A stretch of DNA of 64,000 nt from Alphaproteobacteria bacterium. GTDB taxonomy: Bacteria; Pseudomonadota; Alphaproteobacteria; JBFXJJ01. Positions 13,801-24,321 of the stretch are shown one piece after another. Positions within the stretch are counted from its first letter, which is position 1. Every line of letters starts with the position of its first letter. Both the position numbers and the translations under genes were made by a program. The DNA is taken from contig JBFXJJ010000004.1 of the NCBI GenBank assembly GCA_050175015.1, positions 145,304 to 209,303 on the forward strand. Direction: 5' to 3'. The notes beneath the pieces are model-generated. The model was given only the letters and a program-made list of their open reading frames with translations, searched no databases and was not told the origin of the DNA.

Positions 13801-14997
13801 AATATCAATTAAAGCTTCTTCTCTAGATCTGTTTTTATCTACATCTAAAGTATTTCTGATGTAAGGACCAACATTAATGTTATCAATAAAAAGTAGTGAA
13901 ATTTCATCAATGCCTGCTTTTTTCAATTTTTTAAGATTCTCAGCTGTAATTTCATCGCCAGGATTAATAAAAGCCTCATCTTCCTTGCCTTTGAATATCG
14001 TCTGAGCAGAGTAAGAACCAACTAAATCTTCTTCTGTAATTAAAATCTCTTTCAAGCCTGATTCAACTAATTTCTTAGCCTGTCTTGGTGTAATTTTTTT
14101 GCCAGCTTCGGCTACGACTTCACCGTTTTCAGCATTAACTAAAGGATTTATTAGTTTAAGACCTTTCATTCTATCAGCATCAAATGAAGTCTTCCAACCA
14201 TTTTCAACTCTGGTATAAACAACGGTATCATAAAAATATGATAAAATATCTTCTGACGTTAAGCCTTTTACTTCATTAGGGCTTAAACTACGTCCATCTT
14301 TTTCTGCTAGTTTGCGTTTTGCTGCGGTCTCTGCATTATCTAAAGCATAAAGGAACGTTGTAACAGGAAGCTTACGGCGGCGGTCGATACGTGCATAAAT
14401 AACATCTTTATGGTCAAATTCGAAATCGAGCCAAGAACCACGATAAGGAATAATTCTGGCTGCAAACAAATATTTACCAGAAGAGTGTGTTTTGCCACCA
14501 TCATGATCGAAGAAAACACCAGGAGAACGGTGCATCTGAGAAACAATAACTCTTTCAGTGCCATTAACAACAAAGGTGCCTTTTGCCGTCATAAGAGGCA
14601 TATCACCCATATAGACATCTTGTTCCTTGATATCTCTAACAGATCTGGCGCCGGTGTCTTCATCAACATCCCAAACAACCAGTCTCATTGTAACTCTTAA
14701 AGGCGCAGAAAAAGTTAAACCACGTTGTAAACATTCATCAACATCATATTTTGGTTCATCAAATTCATATTTGATATACTCTAATTCACCTTTTCCTGAA
14801 AAGTCTTTAATTGGAAAAACAGATCTGAAAACTTCTTGAAGTCCAGTCTCTGTTCTACTTTCCGATTTAATAAATTGTTGTAAAAATTGATTATAAGAAC
14901 TCATCTGAACTTCGATGAGGTTTGGCATGGTCGCAACTGATGAAATTTTTCCGAAATCTTTGCGAATACGCTTCTTTGCCGTAAGAGATTTAGCCAT
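10816..14997 (-). CDS. rpoB: RNA polymerase beta subunit
   Basis: [33 protein letters not shown]. Confidence 0.99.
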   Translation of the reverse strand: MAKSLTAKKRIRKDFGKISSVATMPNLIEVQMSSYNQFLQQFIKSESRTETGLQEVFRSVFPIKDFSGKGELEYIKYEFDEPKYDVDECLQRGLTFSAPLRVTMRLVVWDVDEDTGARSVRDIKEQDVYMGDMPLMTAKGTFVVNGTERVIVSQMHRSPGVFFDHDGGKTHSSGKYLFAARIIPYRGSWLDFEFDHKDVIYARIDRRRKLPVTTFLYALDNAETAAKRKLAEKDGRSLSPNEVKGLTSEDILSYFYDTVVYTRVENGWKTSFDADRMKGLKLINPLVNAENGEVVAEAGKKITPRQAKKLVESGLKEILITEEDLVGSYSAQTIFKGKEDEAFINPGDEITAENLKKLKKAGIDEISLLFIDNINVGPYIRNTLDVDKNRSREEALIDIYRVMRPGEPPTIEAAEYLFNSLFFDPERYDLSSVGRVKMNARLDISAEDAPDDMRVLRREDILLIVKTLADLKDGKGEIDDIDHLGNRRVRSVGELMENQYRIGLLRMERAIRERMSSVDIDTVMPQDLINAKPVVASVREFFGSSQLSQFMDQTNPLAEITHKRRLSALGPGGLTRERAGFEVRDVHPTHYGRICPIETPEGPNIGLINSLATFARVNRYGFIESPYRRVVDGHVTDEVVYLSAMEEWRYNIAQANSELDSKNRFKEELVYCRKADGFVIVPPEEIHFIDVSPKQLVSVAAALIPFLENDDANRALMGSNMQRQAVPLLKNEAPLVGTGMEGAVARDSRAAIVARSNGIVQQIDGTRIVVRCTDKKTSTETGVEIYNLNKFLRSNQSTCINQKPLVSVGDIVRVGDIIADGPCTDMGELALGRNVLVAFMPWNGYNYEDSILISERIVKEDVFTSIHVEEFEVMARDTKLGQEEITRDIPNVGEEALKNLDEAGVVYIGAEVEAGDILVGKVTPKGESPMTPEEKLLRAIFGEKAADVRDTSLRVPPGVYGTIVDVRVFSRRGVEKDQRAMAIEQAEIERLAKDRDDEKSILQVSFDARLKEELLGKKVVNAPEGINVNEILNEEILARVPSSQWRKIVVEDEEAMKDIEKMATVFDKNIEILKARFENKVKKLQRGDEMLPGVLKMVKVFIAVKRKLQPGDKMAGRHGNKGVVSRIIPVEDMPYTEDGTPVDLVLNPLGVPSRMNVGQILETHLGWACHAFGEQITRLLEDIKYNKKNIDDLKDTLLNVYGKETFRKEIASLDDEKVLELSENLKKGVPIATPVFDGAKEKDIVDMLEKAGLPRSGQVVLYDGRTGEAFDRPTTIGYIYMLKLHHLVDDKIHARSIGPYSLVTQQPLGGKAQFGGQRFGEMEVWALEAYGAAYTLQEMLTVKSDDVSGRAKVYESIIRGDDTFEAGVPESFNVLVKEIRSLGLNVELNQKDV

Positions 14998-15221
14998 TTT
15001 TTAGATTCTCCGTTGTCATTAAACCTTGTAGACCGCACAATCTGATTTAACGACACCCTGCAACAATTCTATTCAGAAAAATCTGAAACCCCGCTAGCAG
15101 AATGCATAAAAAAATTGTTCTTAATTTATAAAAATTAAAATTCACTAAGCCAGAAACATCCCTTTAATAAGGTCTTATTCCGGCTTAGTGATATAAAAAG
15201 CAATAGTTTTATTAAGAAAAA

Positions 15222-15599
15222 CTATTTAATTTCAACTTTAGCACCTGCTGCTTCAAGTTTTTTCTTCATTTCGTCTGCTTCTTCTTTAGAAACACCTTCT
15301 TTAACAGTCTTTGGAGCACCTTCTACGAGGTCTTTTGCTTCTTTAAGACCAAGACTGGTAATAGCACGAACTTCTTTAATAACGTTAATTTTATTTGCTC
15401 CAGCATCAGCAAGAACAACATCAAATTCGGTTTTAGCTTCAGCAGCTTCACCAGCAGCAGCACCGCCTGCAACAGCAGCAACAGCTACAGGAGCAGCAGC
15501 AGAAACGCCCCATTTTTCTTCGAGTAATTTTGAAAGTTCTGCAGCTTCAATAACTGTAAGTTTTGAAAGTTCGTCAACTAATTTGGCAAGATCAGCCAT
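15222..15599 (-). CDS. rplL: 50S ribosomal protein L7/L12
   Basis: [24 protein letters not shown]. Confidence 0.99.
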   Translation of the reverse strand: MADLAKLVDELSKLTVIEAAELSKLLEEKWGVSAAAPVAVAAVAGGAAAGEAAEAKTEFDVVLADAGANKINVIKEVRAITSLGLKEAKDLVEGAPKTVKEGVSKEEADEMKKKLEAAGAKVEIK

Positions 15600-15706
15600 T
15601 TCTTTATCTCCTAAAAATTTATATAAATATTTTTTTAACTAACATTTAAGTATTTTAAAAATCAAAATACTTCAAAAAATTTTGTGTATAAAATCCTTAT
15701 ACACCC

Positions 15707-16216
15707 TTAACCCTTTTTAGCATAAGCATCACAAACTCTAGCCAACTGAGCAGCTGGAGCCTGAGTAACACATGCAAGACGAGTAGCTGGGGTTTGAAGA
15801 ACAGCAATAATTTTAGAGCGTAACTCATCAAGAGATGGTAACGCAGCTAATGTTTTTACTTGATCTTCACTTAAGGTTTGACCGTCCATCGCAGCTCCGA
15901 GAACAATCAAGCTCTTATTTCCCTTAGCAAAATCAACGACTGGTTTAGCAGCTGCAACAGGATCTTTAGCATAAGCTATTGCTGTTGGACCTTCAAAAAG
16001 ATCTGCTAAGCCATCGAATTTAGTACCCGCAAGGGCAAGGCGTGTAAGCCGATTTTTAGTAACACGAAAATCGGCACCAGCTTTACTGATTTTTCTACGA
16101 AGATCATTCATATCAGTAACCGTTAACCCCTTATAATGGGTTACAACTACCGTTGATGCTTCATCGAATAAACCTTTGAGCTCGGCAACCAATTCTTTTT
16201 TTTCTTCACGGTTCAC
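15707..16216 (-). CDS. rplJ: 50S ribosomal protein L10 (GTG start with AGGAG upstream)
   Basis: NREEKKELV, VTKNRLTRLA, LAALPSLDELR; position between rplA and rplL. Confidence 0.97.
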   Translation of the reverse strand: MNREEKKELVAELKGLFDEASTVVVTHYKGLTVTDMNDLRRKISKAGADFRVTKNRLTRLALAGTKFDGLADLFEGPTAIAYAKDPVAAAKPVVDFAKGNKSLIVLGAAMDGQTLSEDQVKTLAALPSLDELRSKIIAVLQTPATRLACVTQAPAAQLARVCDAYAKKG

Positions 16217-16349
16217 TTTTTCTTGCTCCTTAAGGCGGAGTTGATTTTCAACTCCAAGGTTAAACACACTCTTTCGATTTTATTCAAAAGAGAGATAAAA
16301 CCTGCCCCAAAGTTAATTTTTCTTAAAAACATTTATATAAGATCATTAA

Positions 16350-16412
16350 CTTCCTGTCTGCGTTGGCGGTTATCCTTTAACTTTTTCAAGCACCGACGGT
16401 CTTGGACAGGTT
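16350..16412 (-). promoter_or_regulatory. L10 leader RNA (autoregulatory element upstream of rplJ)
   Basis: Minus strand CCTGTCCAAGACCGTCGG...CCAACGCAGACAGG resembles the proteobacterial L10-leader kink-turn; expected position. Confidence 0.7.
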
Positions 16413-16449
16413 TATCCTTTAATGCTGCAAAAAATGCAGCAAATTCTTT

Positions 16450-17151
16450 TTAGTCAGCCATATCAATGCTGCTGATATTCAATCTAAGACCAGGTCCCAT
16501 CGTTGTGCTAACTGAACATTTTTTCATGTATGTTCCTTTAGAACCTGATGGTTTAGCCTTATTTATAGCTTTCATAAATGCAACTATGTTTTCTGAAATT
16601 TGTTTTTCATCAAAACTTAATTTGCCAACACCAGCTTGAACAAGACCAGCTTTTTCAACACGGAATTGAACTTGACCAGATTTAGCTTCAGTAACAGCTT
16701 TGCCAACATCGGTTGTAACTGTTCCAAGCTTTGGATTTGGCATTAAGCCTCTTGGGCCTAAAACCTTACCTAAACGACCAACAACACCCATCATATCAGG
16801 AGTTGCAATACAACGGTCAAAATCCATCAAACCATCTTGAATTTTCTTCATTAAGTCTTCTGAACCAACATATTCAGCACCAGCATCTAAAGCTTCTTTT
16901 GCTTTATCGCCTTTTGCAAAAACTGCAACTTTAACGCTTTTTCCTGTTCCATGAGGAAGAGAAACAACGCCTCTAACCATCTGGTCAGCATGTCTTGGAT
17001 CAACACCAAGAGCCACACAAACTTCAACAGTTTCATCAAATTTAGCTTTTGTAAAAGACTTCATAACTTTAACAGCGTCGTTTAAATCATAATTTTTAGA
17101 TTTATCAACAAGGCCGTTATTTGTTTTTAAACGTTTACCTAGTTTTGCCAT
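16450..17151 (-). CDS. rplA: 50S ribosomal protein L1
   Basis: [39 protein letters not shown]. Confidence 0.99.
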   Translation of the reverse strand: MAKLGKRLKTNNGLVDKSKNYDLNDAVKVMKSFTKAKFDETVEVCVALGVDPRHADQMVRGVVSLPHGTGKSVKVAVFAKGDKAKEALDAGAEYVGSEDLMKKIQDGLMDFDRCIATPDMMGVVGRLGKVLGPRGLMPNPKLGTVTTDVGKAVTEAKSGQVQFRVEKAGLVQAGVGKLSFDEKQISENIVAFMKAINKAKPSGSKGTYMKKCSVSTTMGPGLRLNISSIDMAD

Positions 17152-17157
17152 TGTCTT

Positions 17158-17586
17158 TTACTCCACAACTTCAATGCCCATAGATCTTGCTTGACCTGCA
17201 ACCATAGAAGCGGCAGCTTCAACAGTCTCGCAGTTAAGATCTGGCAGTTTTTTTGATGCTATTTCATCTATTTGAGCTTTTGTAATACGCCCAGCAACAT
17301 TACGACCTGGCTCTTTAGAAGCTTTTGATACATTAGCAGCTTTTTTAATAAAATAGCTAACTGGTGGTAACTTGGTTATAAAAGAAAATGTTCTGTCAGC
17401 ATAAGCTGTGATGATAACAGGTATTGGCATACCTGGTTCCATTTTTTGAGTAGCTGCATTAAATGATTTGCAGAACTCCATAATATTAAGACCTCTTTGT
17501 CCCAAAGCTGGACCAATTGGTGGCGAAGGATTCGCTTTACCAGCAGGAACTTGCAGTTTAATAAAACCGATAACTTTTTTTGCCAT
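17158..17586 (-). CDS. rplK: 50S ribosomal protein L11
   Basis: [23 protein letters not shown]. Confidence 0.99.
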   Translation of the reverse strand: MAKKVIGFIKLQVPAGKANPSPPIGPALGQRGLNIMEFCKSFNAATQKMEPGMPIPVIITAYADRTFSFITKLPPVSYFIKKAANVSKASKEPGRNVAGRITKAQIDEIASKKLPDLNCETVEAAASMVAGQARSMGIEVVE

Positions 17587-17643
17587 CTTAAACCTCAATT
17601 CAATTATTAATAAAACCCCTTACGGGATACTCTTTTAAGGCAC

Positions 17644-17673
17644 CGTGGTAACAGTTATGGCCAACTTCCCACG
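17644..17673 (-). promoter_or_regulatory. Putative L1-binding leader hairpin upstream of rplK
   Basis: Minus strand CGTGGGAAG...ACCACG stem, like L1-binding operators in rplK leaders. Confidence 0.45.
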
Positions 17674-17719
17674 AATTTTATGCTATAAAAAATAGCAATC
17701 GGGATTGCCTATAAATCCC

Positions 17720-18250
17720 TTAAACTTTTTCGACTTGTAAAAACTCTAGCTCAACAGGAGTTGCCCTGCCGAAAATAGATACAGAAACTTTTAATCTTGA
17801 TTTTTCATAATCAACATCTTCAACAAGACCAACAAAAGAAGCAAAAGGTCCTTCAGAAACCCTAATTTGCTCTCCTATTTCAAAACTTAAAGCTGTTTTT
17901 GGTTTTTCAATACCTTCAGCAACTTGTTTTACAATCCTTACAGCTTCAGCCTCACTGATTGGTGTGGGCTTGCCTTTACTGCCAAGAAAACCTGTAACTT
18001 TAGGAGTATCTTTAACCAAGTGCCAAGTTTCATCTGTAAGTTCCATATTGACTAAAACATATCCAGGAAAGAACTTGCGTTCAGACTTTACTGCTGCACC
18101 TTTTTTGACATCAATAACTTCTTCCATAGGTACCAAAACCTGCTTGAACAAGTCTTCCATTTTCTTTTTCTGCGCTTGCTCTTTAATTGATTCTGCTACC
18201 TTTTTTTCAAAGCCAGAATAAACGTGAACAACATACCAAGCTGCAGCCAT
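17720..18250 (-). CDS. nusG: Transcription termination/antitermination factor NusG
   Basis: WYVVHVYSGFE, FFPGYVLV, KOW domain, SIFGRATPVEL. Confidence 0.99.
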   Translation of the reverse strand: MAAAWYVVHVYSGFEKKVAESIKEQAQKKKMEDLFKQVLVPMEEVIDVKKGAAVKSERKFFPGYVLVNMELTDETWHLVKDTPKVTGFLGSKGKPTPISEAEAVRIVKQVAEGIEKPKTALSFEIGEQIRVSEGPFASFVGLVEDVDYEKSRLKVSVSIFGRATPVELEFLQVEKV

Positions 18251-18261
18251 TACTTAGCCTC

Positions 18262-18453
18262 CTAAATACCAAATATAAGTTTTATGACCCAGCCAAAAAT
18301 TTGGTCAACAAAGAAAAAGAACATAGCTATGATTGAAGTCATAACCAGAACTACACCGGTTGAAACCAAAGCCTCATTTTTAGTTGGCCAAGTTACCTTT
18401 AATATTTCTTGTTTAACTTGGCGCATAAATTGCGCTGGACTAGTTTTTGCCAT
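18262..18453 (-). CDS. secE: Preprotein translocase subunit SecE
   Basis: QVKQEILKVTWP plus one TM helix, between tRNA-Trp and nusG. Confidence 0.96.
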   Translation of the reverse strand: MAKTSPAQFMRQVKQEILKVTWPTKNEALVSTGVVLVMTSIIAMFFFFVDQIFGWVIKLIFGI

Positions 18454-18534
18454 AATTTTTACCAAATATTTTTTACAATCGTGCTTCTTTTTAACTCAAA
18501 ATATTCATTATTATTAATAAACATTCTAATTAAC

Positions 18535-18610
18535 TGGCAGGGGTGACAGGTCTCGAACCCGTAGCCCCCGGTTTTGGAGACCGGTGCTCTACCAATTGAG
18601 CTACACCCCT
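18535..18610 (-). tRNA. tRNA-Trp (CCA)
   Basis: AGGGGTGTAGCTCAATTGGTAGAGCACCGGTCTCCAAAACCGG...CACCCCTGCCA. Confidence 0.97.
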
Positions 18611-18694
18611 ATAACCAAAACACTATTCGGAACGAGGAAAATACCTCGTTCCGAACAGAAAAACAAGAACTTTTTTTAAATTCTTCGTTTTTTC

Positions 18695-19885
18695 TTATTT
18701 TACGATAGATGCTACCACTCCTGCACCTACTGTACGACCACCTTCTCTAATCGCAAATCTTAAGCCTTCATCCATCGCAATCGGAGCTATTAGATTGATC
18801 TTCATAGAAATGTTATCGCCTGGCATAACCATCTCTACTCCTGATGGTAATTCTATCGAACCGGTTACGTCCGTTGTTCTAAAATAAAACTGGGGACGAT
18901 AGTTCGAGAAAAATGGAGTATGACGACCACCTTCTTCTTTTGTTAAAATATAACATTCACAATTGAATTCGGTATGTGGTGTAATTGAACCTGGTTTTGC
19001 TAATACTTGACCACGTTCAACGTCATCTCTTTTCGTGCCTCTCAATAAAACACCAATGTTGTCGCCTGCTTCGCCTTGATCAAGAAGCTTACGGAACATT
19101 TCAACACCCGTACAAGTAGTCTTCGTGGTATCTTTTAAACCTACTATCTCTACTTCTTCGCCTACTTTCAATACGCCGCGTTCTACTCTGCCGGTTACAA
19201 CTGTACCACGGCCAGAAATAGAAAATACGTCTTCAATTGGCATCAAAAATGGTAAATCTTTGGGACGATCTGGTTGTGGAATATATTTGTCAACTTCTGC
19301 CATCAACTTCAATACTGCTTCCTTACCAATCTTTGGATCCTTGTCTTCCAACACTGCTAATGCTGAACCAGGGATAATTGGAATATCATCGCCTGGGAAA
19401 TCATAAGAAGATAATAATTCTCTCAGCTCTAATTCAACTAATTCCAATAATTCTGGATCGTCTACTTGGTCAACCTTATTCAAAAATACTACTAACGCTG
19501 GAACACCTACTTGTCTTGCTAACAAAATGTGCTCTCTCGTCTGTGGCATTGGACCATCAGCTGCTGATACTACTAATATCGCTCCGTCCATCTGAGCTGC
19601 TCCAGTAATCATGTTCTTAACATAGTCAGCATGTCCCGGACAGTCTACGTGCGCATAGTGCCTATTCGCTGTCTCATACTCTACGTGTGCTGTAGATATG
19701 GTGATACCTCTAGCTTTCTCTTCCGGTGCCTTGTCTATCTGGTCATATGCTGTAAACTCTGCACCACCTGCTTCCGCTAATACTTTCGTGATCGCTGCCG
19801 TTAATGAGGTCTTGCCATGGTCTACGTGACCTATCGTACCTATGTTACAATGCGGCTTCGTCCTCTCAAATTTCTCCTTAGCCAT
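18695..19885 (-). CDS. tuf: Elongation factor Tu (copy after tRNA-Tyr/Gly)
   Basis: Protein identical to 1992-3182. Confidence 0.99.
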   Translation of the reverse strand: MAKEKFERTKPHCNIGTIGHVDHGKTSLTAAITKVLAEAGGAEFTAYDQIDKAPEEKARGITISTAHVEYETANRHYAHVDCPGHADYVKNMITGAAQMDGAILVVSAADGPMPQTREHILLARQVGVPALVVFLNKVDQVDDPELLELVELELRELLSSYDFPGDDIPIIPGSALAVLEDKDPKIGKEAVLKLMAEVDKYIPQPDRPKDLPFLMPIEDVFSISGRGTVVTGRVERGVLKVGEEVEIVGLKDTTKTTCTGVEMFRKLLDQGEAGDNIGVLLRGTKRDDVERGQVLAKPGSITPHTEFNCECYILTKEEGGRHTPFFSNYRPQFYFRTTDVTGSIELPSGVEMVMPGDNISMKINLIAPIAMDEGLRFAIREGGRTVGAGVVASIVK

Positions 19886-19931
19886 CTATCTGTCCTGCCT
19901 TTTACTTTCAATTAAGGTTAAACTTTAAAAT

Positions 19932-20005
19932 TGGAGCGGGTGAAGGGAATCGAACCCTCACGACCAGCTTGGAAGGCTGGGGCTCTACCATTGAGCTACA
20001 CCCGC
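19932..20005 (-). tRNA. tRNA-Gly (TCC)
   Basis: GCGGGTGTAGCTCAATGGTAGAGCCCCAGCCTTCCAAGCTGG...CCCGCTCCA. Confidence 0.97.
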
Positions 20006-20038
20006 AAAACTGAGAATATATTTTTTTATCTCAGTAAT

Positions 20039-20124
20039 TGGTGGAGGGGGAAGGATTCGAACCTTCGTACACTGATGTGGGCAGATTTACAGTCTGCTGC
20101 CTTTAACCACTCGGCCACCCCTCC
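20039..20124 (-). tRNA. tRNA-Tyr (GTA)
   Basis: GGAGGGGTGGCCGAGTGGTTAAAGGCAGCAGACTGTAAATCTGC, long variable arm, CCA end. Confidence 0.97.
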
Positions 20125-20281
20125 AAAAGGGTCAATATCTTTTTTAACTATAAAAGATAATAGAATGTTGGAAATATTGTATTTAAATTTATTTGTCAAT
20201 CACAAAAAGTTATTTTTTTACACAAATCCAAAAATTCAGTTATAGTGATATAACATTTTTTATAATTTGGGAATTAAAAAT

Positions 20282-21055
20282 ATGAAAAAAAATAAATTTA
20301 ATAAAAAGCCTCAAGCAACGACTAAGCACAACCACCTTTGGTTATATGGCAAACACGCTGTAATGACAGCGATTGAAAATGAACGCCGTAAAATTTTTCG
20401 CATTTTGACATCTGGTGAAAGTTTCCCACAGAAAATTCTTGAAACTATTAAGAATCGAAATATCGTTATAGAAAATGTTCCTAAAAGCGAAATAGATTCG
20501 CTTCTTACTAGTGATGCTGTTCATCAAGGTGTAGCGGCTGAAGTAGCTTTTTTAGATAATTATCCTTTAGAAGATTTATGCTCCGATTCTGGTTCTAAAT
20601 TAATTGTTATTTTAGATCAGGTCACGGATCCGCATAACATTGGCGCCATAATGCGCTCTGCTGCTGCATTTAATGCTGATGCTGTTATTGTGCCTGATAA
20701 AAACACCTGTCAAGAAACTGGTGTTTTAGCAAAATCTGCCAGCGGTGCTTTGGATACTGTCCCTTTTATACGAGTTGCCAATCTAGCAAACGCTATGGAC
20801 ACTCTTAAAAAGAATGATTTTTGGATTATTGGACTTGATGGAAAATGTGATAAAGAATTATCTCAAATAGATATTACGGCAAAAACAGCCATTGTGCTTG
20901 GATCTGAGGGTGATGGTATTCGTCGTTTGATTCTAGAAAACTGCGATTTCGTAGCAAAACTTCCAATATCAGAAAAGATTGAAAGTTTGAACGTTTCAAA
21001 TGCTGCAGCCGTTGCTCTTTATGAAATTGCCTCAAAAAGAAAAAGTTTTGAGTAG
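20282..21055 (+). CDS. rlmB: 23S rRNA 2'-O-ribose methyltransferase (TrmH/SpoU family)
   Basis: HQGVAA, LDQVTDPHNIGAIMRSA, GSEGDG, ESLNVSNAAA. Confidence 0.93.
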   Translation: MKKNKFNKKPQATTKHNHLWLYGKHAVMTAIENERRKIFRILTSGESFPQKILETIKNRNIVIENVPKSEIDSLLTSDAVHQGVAAEVAFLDNYPLEDLCSDSGSKLIVILDQVTDPHNIGAIMRSAAAFNADAVIVPDKNTCQETGVLAKSASGALDTVPFIRVANLANAMDTLKKNDFWIIGLDGKCDKELSQIDITAKTAIVLGSEGDGIRRLILENCDFVAKLPISEKIESLNVSNAAAVALYEIASKRKSFE

Positions 21056-21057
21056 AA

Positions 21058-21414
21058 CTAATCTTTACTGATAGTTTCTCTGGCGGCATTAACAATCATA
21101 TCACCAAATTCACGCAGAAAGACGGAACCTTTAACGGTTCTTTGAATGATAACACTGCGGCGGTCTTTGTCATCTAGTTTACGTTTGACTAGTCCGTAGC
21201 TTCCTAATCGGTCTAGAGCTCTAGTAATCGCAGGCTTAGAAATATTAAGCTCTGCGGCTAGCCCTCTAACCGTATGAGGAGAATCTGTAAGATAGACCAT
21301 CATTAGAACGGCCATCTGCCTAGAAGAAAGATCGTGAGAATCCTTTTTTACACATTCAACGACAGCTCTGCGCCAAAAATCTAAAGCTTCAATCGGGTTA
21401 AGATTAAACGTCAT
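21058..21414 (-). CDS. MarR-family winged-helix regulator
   Basis: TVRGLAAELNISKPAITRALDRL...DKDRRS. Confidence 0.88.
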   Translation of the reverse strand: MTFNLNPIEALDFWRRAVVECVKKDSHDLSSRQMAVLMMVYLTDSPHTVRGLAAELNISKPAITRALDRLGSYGLVKRKLDDKDRRSVIIQRTVKGSVFLREFGDMIVNAARETISKD

Positions 21415-21617
21415 AAAAAAATCCTTAGTCTTTTTGATGGTTTTTGGTTTAATAAGATTATTACACCTTTGTAACTATAATTTAGTTTTATACGACTAAA
21501 CTCTTAACCGCAAGCATAGTTTGAAATATTTTTTATAATAAAGCTCTTGCTTTTTTCCTTTTTTTACATAAATATCCTTTTCCTCAACGAGTCTTTTTTT
21601 ATAAGGTTCACCATAAA

Positions 21618-22994
21618 ATGCGCAGTGTCAGAAAAGCTTTAGCGCTAGAAAAACATTCTTCTAATAATAATATTCTTGAAACCGATGCTACTAATACAGA
21701 TAGCTCTAATCTTGTTTTAGAATCCTTAATCAAGGGGCACTCTCTACGTGCCTCTGGGATATTAACTACTGCCCTGACATTTTTTGAGAATGCCTTACTT
21801 TATGATAACAGCAATACTGAAGCATTAGTTGCCTGTGGAGAGTGTTTTTATGACTTAGGGCAGTTTAATGAGTCTTTTGAACATTTTAAAAAAGCATTAT
21901 TTATTGAACCAGAAAATCGTTATTTATGGCGCTGTTGCTGCCAAAGTTTAGCTCTTACCAGCAATTTTTTTGATGCTATACAATTTTGCGAATCTATGCT
22001 CTCAAAATGGCCTGACTGCGGACAGACACATATTTTATTAGCCAAGCTTTATCAAAGGAACAAAGATTTTGAAAAAGCCAAAAGCCACTATCACGAAGCT
22101 CTTTTCCTTGGTTTTAATACCGCAGAAGTCTGCTTTGATTTAGGGCTTATGCTTTTGGATACCGAGCAGCCTAAAGAAGCTGCTGAGAACTTATCTCGCT
22201 CTATTAGAGAAGGTTTTGCTAATCCTGTTGTTTATTTCTATCTCGGCAAAGCTTTTATTAATTTAGCTGACAACAAAACTGCCGTTGCAAATTTTAATAA
22301 GTATTTAGAGTTTACAGAAACCGATGATTTAGGTGCAGCTAACTTTATAAAAAGCTGTGATGAAAAAACCGCTGCTCTCCCCCCTGTATATATTAAGGAG
22401 TTATTTGATCAATATGCGGACAATTTCGATGAGAGTTTGGTTGAAAAGTTAAATTATACCGTGCCAACCAAAATTGCTGATGAAATATCTAAAATTGCCG
22501 CTAAGCAAAAAATTGATATTTTAGATTTAGGCTGTGGAACAGGTCTTGCGGGAGAGGCTGTAAAAAACTTTGCCCAAATATTATGGGGAATTGATATTTC
22601 ACCTAATATGGTTGAAATCGCTAAAAACAAAAACATTTATGATGATTTAATCGTAAGTAATATCTCTGAAATTACCATAGAACAAAAATTTGATGTTGTT
22701 ATTGCGGGAGATGTTCTTGTTTATTTTGGAGAACTTGAAACTATTTTTTCTTTAGCTAGCAGCTTATTAAAATCAGGCGGATATTTTATTGCCAGCGTTG
22801 AAAGTGATAATGATGAAGCAGGCGATGATGGTTTTATTTTCAAAGAAAGCCGCCGTTTTGGACATAATCATAATTATATTGAAAGCCTTGCGAAGAAAAA
22901 CAACTTTTCAATCCATAATCTCCAAAAAATTACCCCAAGATATGAAAAAGGCAGCCCTTTAAATGGCTACCTTTTCACTTTGCACAAAATATAA
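21618..22994 (+). CDS. TPR-repeat protein with C-terminal class I SAM methyltransferase
   Basis: TPR-like helices; LFDQYADNFD, ILDLGCGTG, DVLVYFG. Confidence 0.88.
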   Translation: MRSVRKALALEKHSSNNNILETDATNTDSSNLVLESLIKGHSLRASGILTTALTFFENALLYDNSNTEALVACGECFYDLGQFNESFEHFKKALFIEPENRYLWRCCCQSLALTSNFFDAIQFCESMLSKWPDCGQTHILLAKLYQRNKDFEKAKSHYHEALFLGFNTAEVCFDLGLMLLDTEQPKEAAENLSRSIREGFANPVVYFYLGKAFINLADNKTAVANFNKYLEFTETDDLGAANFIKSCDEKTAALPPVYIKELFDQYADNFDESLVEKLNYTVPTKIADEISKIAAKQKIDILDLGCGTGLAGEAVKNFAQILWGIDISPNMVEIAKNKNIYDDLIVSNISEITIEQKFDVVIAGDVLVYFGELETIFSLASSLLKSGGYFIASVESDNDEAGDDGFIFKESRRFGHNHNYIESLAKKNNFSIHNLQKITPRYEKGSPLNGYLFTLHKI

Positions 22995-23009
22995 TTAAGC
23001 TGAATTTTT

Positions 23010-24017
23010 TTAACGACTTTTGCTTTTCAATATCTTAACAATATCAGCACTACGATTTATTTGATTCGTATTTTCCATAGGCTTTACTGATGATTTGGTA
23101 ACCATTTTAAGACTTTCTCCAGGAGCAAGAACCTTAATCCCTGTTTCTTCTGGGGTTTTTCTGCCCTTAGCAACTTCACTTGTGCCATAAACTGAATGCG
23201 TAAGCGGCTCAGCACAAAGAGCATCTGTCCAATCAGGAACACAGATTGTAATATAATTTTTGTTATAATTACCCATTGATGAAACCGTTATCTGTTTATC
23301 CATTTCGGGATATTTGATGGTAAAATTGCCGTCTTTACTAGAAAAATTAGCATCTAAGCCATAAATGCTGCTCACCTTTTTTCCTTTTGAGCAATCCAAA
23401 TCTTTAGGCACAGGTCTTTCTTCTGCTGAAGGCTTATCGGTTTTAACGTCAAACTGAAGTTTTTCATTAGCAACAGTAAGGGTCATATCATCAGTCTTAA
23501 CCCAGTAAAAATGAAGCCCTGCTCCCACAGGAAAAGAAGCTTCTTTTTCTTTGTTTATAACTTCAACGTCTATTTTAAACGCATCTTTTGAAAGCGATAT
23601 GGTCTGTTTAGCTTCATATTTGAATGGGAAACCACTTTCACCATTATGCTCATAACTGATTACTGCCGAAGTTTTATCAAAGCTTTCAACTTTCCACGAC
23701 TGCTGCCAAGCATCACCGTGAATGTTATGCTCTACCGAAGGGTGATTTTTTTCTGCTCCTATAGTTCTGCCATTATAGGTGCATGGTTCCACTCTGTTAA
23801 TGTATGGAATCCCAGTATGAACCCCCATATCACCTGCTGCCAAAGGATTGCCTACATTAGCTTTATCATCATGACCTCTTAGCAATGGAACGAATTCTTT
23901 TTTACCGTCTTTTTCCTGCCAAAATCCAAAGCGTGAAATTGCGCCGCCAACGCCAGCAGCGATTTCTAATTCCATATCACCGTTTTTTAAAACTATACGT
24001 TCTTCATCATTCATCAT
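23010..24017 (-). CDS. Aldose 1-epimerase (galactose mutarotase-like) family protein with basic C-terminal tail
   Basis: PYINR, IHGDAW, GLHFY, LCAEP, LAPGES. Confidence 0.8.
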   Translation of the reverse strand: MMNDEERIVLKNGDMELEIAAGVGGAISRFGFWQEKDGKKEFVPLLRGHDDKANVGNPLAAGDMGVHTGIPYINRVEPCTYNGRTIGAEKNHPSVEHNIHGDAWQQSWKVESFDKTSAVISYEHNGESGFPFKYEAKQTISLSKDAFKIDVEVINKEKEASFPVGAGLHFYWVKTDDMTLTVANEKLQFDVKTDKPSAEERPVPKDLDCSKGKKVSSIYGLDANFSSKDGNFTIKYPEMDKQITVSSMGNYNKNYITICVPDWTDALCAEPLTHSVYGTSEVAKGRKTPEETGIKVLAPGESLKMVTKSSVKPMENTNQINRSADIVKILKSKSR

Positions 24018-24321
24018 ATTTTCAGAAACCTTTTCTCACTCAGTTAAAGTTTGTGGGAAATATTCTATTACAAAATAACCTAAAAATCATATTAATTTTT
24101 TAGTTGAAAGAATTATTTACTTAAAACCTTAAAACAATAACTCTTATAGATAATCCCGCCGAAAGGCTGGTTTCTACAGCTTACGCTCGCATAAAAGTTT
24201 TGCTTTTTTAAAAGCAAAAACAGTCCGTTAGGACAAAAGCGATAACTTTTATATTTTAACTGCTTTGCAGGTCAAAGAAACTTTTTAAAAAAAGTTTCTT
24301 TGACAAATCTTCAAAAATTTT

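Noticed and set aside
649-18517. Many short antisense or alternate-frame ORFs inside ribosomal, rpoBC, fusA and tuf genes
   Set aside because: Shadow ORFs of highly conserved genes
19931-20245. 104-aa plus-strand ORF, and the 60-aa ORF at 30162-30344
   Set aside because: They overlap tRNA-Gly/Tyr and tRNA-Thr respectively
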